From Octopus vulgaris (taxonomy: Eukaryota), in contig OX597825.1 in the NCBI GenBank assembly GCA_951406725.2, positions 47,430,001-47,494,000 on the forward strand: a stretch of 64,000 nucleotides of DNA, in the 5' to 3' direction. How positions within the stretch are numbered: the stretch's first letter is position 1; every line of letters starts with the position of its first letter. Under the pieces are notes generated by a model that did no database searches, was not told the DNA's origin, and was given only the letters and a program-made list of their open reading frames with translations. Below are positions 56,115 through 64,000 of the stretch, piece after piece. The translations under genes were made by a program, and so were the position numbers.

Positions 56115-57725
56115 GTTTGTATTCAGCAGTTAGACAGCAAGGGGTTTGGTTGATTTTTATTTTTGGTGTTTATAAGAGGAACAACAAACCTCGACGGTCC
56201 ATGGGATTGTCCTAGAATTATAGCTGAATTGCGAAATATTACAAGAATTAACATTTAGTTTTAAACGTTAAGTTACTATTTCATGGACAGAGAGTTGCAA
56301 ATAATTGTTTGATGTCTGTTACTGTGCTGTGTCTCTAGAAACCATGCTAAGAAATACACAGTCCTACGTTCATGGTAAGCATATAGCTCTGTATCCGTGG
56401 CAAACAGTAATGTCGCCATTGTCTATCCATGGTAAACACATAACAATGTTTGCACTAAATGTAGCTAACCCATAACCTTATATACAGTAAGCCCATTTCT
56501 ACATAACTTTCTAGACAAAAATTAGCTCTAAACACATAACAGTGTCTTTATACGCAGTGTAGATATAACTGCATCTAGTAAACACAGTGAACACCAAACT
56601 GTTTTGATACCATAAGTGTTTTTGCAGGAAACGAATAACTTCCTAAAATAAACCAATGTCGTCGTAGTAAATGCATTATTGTAGCTCTAGTAAATGTAGT
56701 TTACATAACTGCGTCCATATTGAGCTTATAATTCAAAATTTAATATCCTCTTTGCTCCCAATAATATAGCATAAGTTGGGGTGGGGTAGATATATCAAAG
56801 GAAGGGGAACACCATATAATATCTGAGTGATGTTACTATGAAATAATGATGTCATACAGAAAACAAACTAGCTGTAGACTTGCTTGGAGAACACATTAGA
56901 CATAGACTGGATCAAGTGAGTTGTAATTAAAAGAAAAATGATTCGACTATGTGATTTGTACGGCTGTGCACGGTGGACTGAGGGAATGTTGAACGTCCGG
57001 ATTGGATAGGTGTTTTTGTAAAGTAGTAAATAGTTGGCTGCCGGTAGAAACCACTACAGCAAAATAACAGATGTCGTTGGTTGGTCAATGATGAACTTTT
57101 CTCATTGGTAGTTGAGCAACTTTTCTCCGATCTGTTCTTGCTTTGTTTACTTTACTCCCCACTTAATGGAACACTCTGTGTGACTAGGGTTATGTGTATT
57201 TGGGACACTGAAGGATCGTGTTAAAGGGACATCGCATGACTGGAATTATATGACTGTACATCTGGGAACATGCGCATGTGAATGGACTATGAATATCTAC
57301 AGCATTCAGTACAACTGCAATCATTTGGTTCCAAGTTTGATCAAACGCCGTGGCATCATTGGCAGGTGTCTTTTTGATCCAAACCGGGAAGGAAATTAGC
57401 TGGATGAAAACTGTGTGGAAGCCCATTGAATAGATTGTCCATCTAGTTCAAAGGCTTTGTCTTGTCTCACTGGTTCTGCTTAGGAATTACTTTATGTGTT
57501 CATCTGTCTAGGAATTACTTAGTCATTCATATGCAAATTTAAGAAGCATGTAGTTCACTTCGAAATATTGAAGACCCATTTACTTTTACACATATCAAAG
57601 TGTGGCTACATATTTTAAAGTTAGATGCTCATTGTATACATGTATGTGTGTATGTATATATGTATGAATTTATTCATACATATATAATTGATATGTGTGT
57701 CCATAAAGATAAATACGCGCATCGC

Positions 57726-57803
<78 letters not shown>

Positions 57804-57833
57804 GTAATAATAATAGTAATAATCGTAATAATA

Positions 57834-57896
<63 letters not shown>

Positions 57897-57897
<1 letters not shown>

Positions 57898-58284
57898 CAG
57901 TGGCATTGCCCTGATCCAATACCAGACAGTGGCTCTCATGGCTTCTGATCTTAACTGACTGGAAGTGTTATCATGTACATTGTTTTGTCTTGGTATAAAA
58001 GATGGGCTAAAGCAAATATTCTGCTCAATACCACAGATTTGCTTGTCAGTTGTTTAACCTAAGCAACCCTTATTCGGGTTACTCGACCAGAAGAAAATTC
58101 TAACTGGGCCCCACCTGGAAGGTCATGTGCTGTTTATCGTGATATGAGATCACCATGTCGTGCACATATGGTTGTGATGCATGTGCCTGGTGTGCCCTTA
58201 TCAGACGGGTAGTCATGATGGGTATACTGGACTTCGTATATTTTACCCAGTGTCACTTTGTTGGCATGCACTGCTCTATCACTC
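57897..58284 (+). mobile_element. (TAA)n-flanked SINE-like element, internally deleted copy
   Basis: Reverse complement of 26310-26850 lacking about 170 bp of the centre. Confidence 0.75.
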
Positions 58285-58315
<31 letters not shown>

Positions 58316-59818
58316 TGATCTTTCATAGTGTTATTACGAACAGAATAAAGAGTCATGCAGAGAATATATTATAATACTTAAATCGTGTACTAGATATCTT
58401 TTGTGGAGTAAATATTTATTATAATACAATATTTAAAATTGAGACTACGACTTTAGTTTAACTTTACTGTCAAAATCCAAGCAACCTGTTAGGTATTCCT
58501 TCTATTAAACAATAAATTAAATTTTACGGTTAAATCTTTGGAGTTCATGTCAAGGAGAACGTAATGATAATACCTAATGATATTTCTCTAAAGAAATATG
58601 AGAGCATACTGATCAGGAGTCAGTATTCGCCAAAAAGGAGTATTCTTGGAAGGGCACCTGGGCGTCGGATATTATAACGGCCAAATTCTAATGTATTTTA
58701 TACGATCGGGGATTTCGCTTATTATATTGGTAAATTATGATAACGCATTAGAAAATATTAGTCTCAAAGACAACATACATTTCATACTTAGACAACCACA
58801 ATTTTCCAACAAGTAAAGAAAATATTTATGATTTGGCTTAAAACTCGCCCGCTTTTATTTTCTTTGAGTATCAAGTCTATAGAGAGATACATTTTAGCAC
58901 TTCTTTTTTTAATAAACACTTTCCTATCGTGCACAGATTCTGAAAATTTTGTAATACACATAATTTTGCGTAGCTTTTAGATTTTAACTAACGAGAGCAG
59001 AAATTGAAATATGTATTTGTCGTGAAAAGAAAATAAGAATTTTGAACTTGCGACAGTTATTATCAAAAATTTTCATATATAGAGTTAGCACCACTGACTT
59101 CTACTGAGATGATTATGACTAAGCACTATATTGTCAAGAATTGCTGTTTGAATCATGCTCTTTCCGAAATGAAAATAATATACTACAGCTCTTTCCATTT
59201 ACGCATGGAAATTGAAAGGTTGTTGTGCTGATAACTTAAATACTGAATAAGTAGTTATAATGATAATAATACATACATACTTACATACACACACACATAT
59301 ATATATATATACACACATATGTATGTATGTGTATATATATGCATATGTGTATGTGAGTATGTGTGTATGTATATATGTATGTATTTATGTATATATAAAT
59401 ACCACTAAGCAAATAAGTTTGATAAATTGTAACGTCAGCTGAATATATAGTTTTCCGGTTGTTTACAAGGAGTTCCACTGGGATAATGCCTTAACTGTTT
59501 TGCGTTGCAGAATTACTGTTCCAGTATTATTCCTCACTCACTGTCCTGATTTCATGTGATGTTTATAACATTCGCTGTCTCCTACTACTCTGTTATAATA
59601 TATAAGGTCACCAGGCTCAACCATAGGTTTATTACTTCATTGATATACAACCGGACGCTTACTATATATTAACCTTGTCATCAAACCCCAACTACCACGT
59701 TTTATTTGTTTCCCTTAATGGAGAAAACACCTACAATTTTTTATATATTTTGGTTGGATAAAACTTAAACATATGTTACTGGTAGCCAAGTTTTATCATT
59801 ACACTGTGACAAACACAA

Positions 59819-59917
<99 letters not shown>

Positions 59918-60012
59918 TACATGCATAATACATGCCTGCCTGCCTGCTTGTCTACCTACATACATATATACATACATGTGTATGTATATGTATATATATA
60001 TATATATATATA

Positions 60013-60550
60013 CGTTTAAATATTTGTTGTGCAAGATTTTTTATGTGAAGTCGTGTGTTGAAACAGATATTGTTATATTTCGGAATGGTCATATTGCCAG
60101 TTTAGCCAATAAAAACACACGCACTATATATTTGGTGTTATTTTGCTTCAGTGATATTTATTTTTTACATTAATCTTAATCTTATTTCGGCCAAAGTTCT
60201 TTCGTCACACTCCTGTGACCGCATCAGTGGTCCTTTGTTTTCTTCTCACTTACTTGTGTCTCTCCTTACTAACCGTCAGCCATTTTGTATTTCTATTGTA
60301 TGTCTTCATTTGCGCATGCTTATATCTCTATGTGCGTCTATGTTTATTTAGTGTGTGTGTGTGGGGGATGCCTGTAATATTTGTATCTTCTGGTTATATA
60401 CATTCTTGTAATTTGTATTTTGTTTTTGTTGTTGTTGCTTTTGTTCTAATTTTGTTCATGTGTTTACATCCACCCATTATTATCATTACATATGCTTGTA
60501 TGTATGTATAACAACAATATTAGTAATTATAATAATAAATCTAATTTAAA

Positions 60551-60606
<56 letters not shown>

Positions 60607-62772
60607 TATACACATATACATACACATATACATATATATAGTTATTCATTTCTATTTCTTTAATTATCTGTGTATTTATTATGTTTGCAGGATCCACTAT
60701 CGTCATATGTTGTGGTGTGCGCTATTGCTCCATTCTAGTTTTCTATTCAGGCTAGGTTTATTTTCTATTATATGTGTAGCTTCTGTAATTTGTCTAATTG
60801 TTGCATCTGTTCTATGTGTGGACAATATCTTAATCTCTATGTTATTGATTGATCCCCCGTGTTCTTGTTCAGCGTGTTGGTACAGAATCGATGAGCTTTT
60901 ACCTTCCTTGAGTTGTCTTCAATGTTCATTCACCCGCTCACCAATGCTTCTTGCTGTTTCCCCTACGTATGTTACTGTCTTGTTACTGCATCGTCCCTCT
61001 ATACATCTTATACTATAGACCACATTTCTGGCTTTACAGTTTGTTTGTGGGCTAAATCTACATACAGTGCAATAGTTATCCGTACAGAGAGTTCTACTAA
61101 AAGGATAGCTTCTACCAATTATAGATCTGATAGTGTTGCCTGGCTTTTCAACAACCTTAATTCTTAGTTTAAGTTTATCTAGGGTCCTTCTAAAGCGGTA
61201 CGCCAGTTCACCTCCAGGGGTGGTGTCAAGGAACATGACACTCTGGTATTTATGGCTATCATACCAAGAGTTGGCCTTCCCTATTTTCTTTTTTGTCCTT
61301 TCTATAGTGTTCCATGACTTGTTCCTATAGAGTGGGCAAATCCCATTCCTATCATTACATAATATATTATCAAATTTCTTCATGGCTCCTTTGTATACTC
61401 TGACCCTTTCTTTATGGCTGTAACCTGAGAACTGCATGCGGTGAATGAAATACTGTATGTGTCTCTTTAATTCTGTAGGCTCGCACATGCGTGACACATT
61501 TCTCATTATTCTGACGAGGTCTGCCATCAAAATATTGAATTTGGCATTGCCCGCAATGGCTGAGTTCCGGTGGATCAGGTATTTTGAGGCCATAGGTTTT
61601 GCATAGTATGAATGAAGGATTTGGGTTTCATTTTTCACAATTTCTAGCCAGAGTTCAGTGTCTAGTACTGGTAGTCTATGGTTGGGGTGTTTAGTGGGGT
61701 AGTCTATTGTGACCTTAATACTCTGGTGGATGGAGTTAGCTATTTGCTGGATGCTCTCCATAGTATTAGTTTCTATTACTATATCAACATTACTCTCTTG
61801 TGGGGGTGCCTTTACTCAGCCATTGCGGGCAATGCCAAATTCAATATTTTGATGGCAGACCTCGTCAGAATAATGAGAAATGTGTCACGCATGTGCGAGC
61901 CTACAGAATTAAAGAGACACATACAGTATTTCATTCACCGCATGCAGTTCTCAGGTTACAGCCATAAAGAAAGGGTCAGAGTATACAAAGGAGCCATGAA
62001 GAAATTTGATAATATATTATGTAATGATAGGAATGGGATTTGCCCACTCTATAGGAACAAGTCATGGAACACTATAGAAAGGACAAAAAAGAAAATAGGG
62101 AAGGCCAACTCTTGGTATGATAGCCATAAATACCAGAGTGTCATGTTCCTTGACACCACCCCTGGAGGTGAACTGGCGTACCGCTTTAGAAGGACCCTAG
62201 ATAAACTTAAACTAAGAATTAAGGTTGTTGAAAAGCCAGGCAACCCTATCAGATCTATAATTGGTAGAAGCTATCCTTTTAGTAGAACTCTCTGTACGGA
62301 TAACTATTGCACTGTATGTAGATTTAGCCCACAAACAAACTGTAAAGCCAGAAATGTGGTCTATAGTATAAGATGTATAGAGGGACGATGCAGTAACAAG
62401 ACAGTAACATACGTAGGGGAAACAGCAAGAAGCATTGGTGAGCGGGTGAATGAACATTGGAGACAACTCAAGGAAGGTAAAAGCTCATCGATTCTGTACC
62501 AACACGCTGAACAAGAACACGGGGGATCAATCAATAACATAGAGATTAAGATATTGTCCACACATAGAACAGATGCAACAATTAGACAAATTACAGAAGC
62601 TACACATATAATAGAAAATAAACCTAGCCTGAATAGAAAACTAGAATGGAGCAATAGCGCACACTACAACATATGACGATAGTGGATCCTGCAAACATAA
62701 TAAATACACAGATAATTAAAGAAATAGAAATTAATAACTATATATATGTATATGTGTATGTATATGTGTATA

Positions 62773-62858
<86 letters not shown>

Positions 62859-63344
62859 TTTTCAATTAGATTTATTATTATTATTATTACTAATATTGTT
62901 GTTATACATACATACAAGCATATGTAATGATAATAATGGGTGGATGTAAACACATGAACAAAATTAGAACAAAAGCAACAACAACAAAAACAAAATACAA
63001 ATTACAAGAATGTATATAACCAGAAGATACAAATATTACAGGCATCCCCCCACACACACACTAAATAAACATAGACGCACATAGAGATATAAGCATGCGC
63101 AAATGAAGACATACAATAGAAATACAAAATGGCTGACGGTTAGTAAGGAGAGACACAAGTAAGTGAGAAGAAAACAAAGGACCACTGATGCGGTCACAGG
63201 AGTGTGACGAAAGAACTTTGGCCGAAATAAGATTAAGATTAATGTAAAAAATAAATATCACTGAAGCAAAATAACACCAAATATATAGTGCGTGTGTTTT
63301 TATTGGCTAAACTGGCAATATGACCATTCCGAAATATAACAATA
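60013..63344. mobile_element. Young Penelope-like insertion: two nearly identical 3' halves in head-to-head inverted orientation within the KLHL10-like intron
   Basis: 60067-61563 is the reverse complement of 61814-63344; GIY-YIG NVVYSIRC...TYVGET; the right arm is open to 62676, the left arm has a TGG>TGA stop at ~60919. Confidence 0.92.
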
Positions 63345-63417
63345 TATATATATATATATATATATCATATTATATATCATGTGTGCGTGTACGTATGTAT
63401 TCCATCTGGAATTTCAG

Positions 63418-63565
63418 ATTATCGTGCTTATCATGGAACATGCATACTCGACGGTCTTATCTATATTATTGGTGGTTTTGATGGAATCGACTACTTCAAC
63501 AGTGTTCGCTGCTTTGACCCTGTCTTACAAATTTGGTCAGAGATAGCACCAATGTACTACAAGAG
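63418..63565 (+). CDS. KLHL10: Kelch-like protein 10-like, second coding exon (Kelch repeat)
   Basis: atttcag|AT completes G+AT=Asp in phase with exon 1; YRAYHGTCILDGLIYIIGGFDGIDYFNSVRCFDPVLQIWSEIAPMYYKR; donor AG|GTAAGC. Confidence 0.9.
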
Positions 63566-64000
63566 GTAAGCTTTATAATACAATTGATAAATACCATCAT
63601 GATACAATGAGTTCATATATTTCAAGTATCTTAAACATGTTACAAATATTTTCAAATAATAACTCTACAATTATTCTTATCCATAGAATTATAACAAATA
63701 TTACTAATATAGATTTATCGATGTAATTACTGCTTAAATATTACATCATCATGTGTTAGAATTATTCCCAACAATATCTACAGAGAAGCAGGGTTTCTCC
63801 AGTACTGGATATTACAAGATATTGCTTGAGACTTAAACTCCATTTTGTACATTGATAAACGGAACTTGAGCACCATTTGTTCAAAAGATATTTAAATGGC
63901 CAACTCTTGGAAGAAAATTTGCTTGCATATCAGCAAGAAAAGTTGTAGCTGAAGATTGCATTTGAATGAATTTTAACTGCATTTCACACATGCAATGCTA

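Noticed and set aside
56115-56215. C-terminal 33 aa of the 356-aa ORF
   Set aside because: Read-through into the intron; Kelch similarity resumes in phase at 63418
57000-57560. Possible old LINE remnant in the intron (also 28020-28690)
   Set aside because: Too decayed for motif-level support
61678-61813. N-terminus of the 332-aa ORF
   Set aside because: Antisense and spacer sequence at the inversion junction, not part of the Penelope protein

Overview
AT-rich, microsatellite-saturated animal genomic DNA. The SINE and repeat families resemble those I associate with octopus/coleoid cephalopods, which is an inference. Host genes are limited to two tandem, same-strand KLHL10-like (BTB-BACK-Kelch) genes: the last exon of one paralog (14499-14625) and the first two coding exons of another (55148-56114, 63418-63565). 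The rest is mostly transposon debris: an RLE-type LINE, four CR1/L2-group LINE copies, a near-intact mariner and a mariner MITE, a non-autonomous Helitron, tRNA-derived SINEs, and many Penelope-like (GIY-YIG) fragments inserted in (TA)n, usually with a fold-back inversion. The most striking signal, found by manual folding, is more than 20 minimal type-I hammerhead ribozyme motifs (intact, variant or decayed) from about a dozen unrelated sequence families, most with a palindromic stem/loop III. They include apparent natural core variants (G3-C8 and U3-A8 swaps of the C3-G8 tertiary pair, and 1-nt core insertions). Several sit in ORF-less 230, 465 and 560 bp units that look like retrozyme-like non-autonomous elements. 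No folding software or database searches were run.
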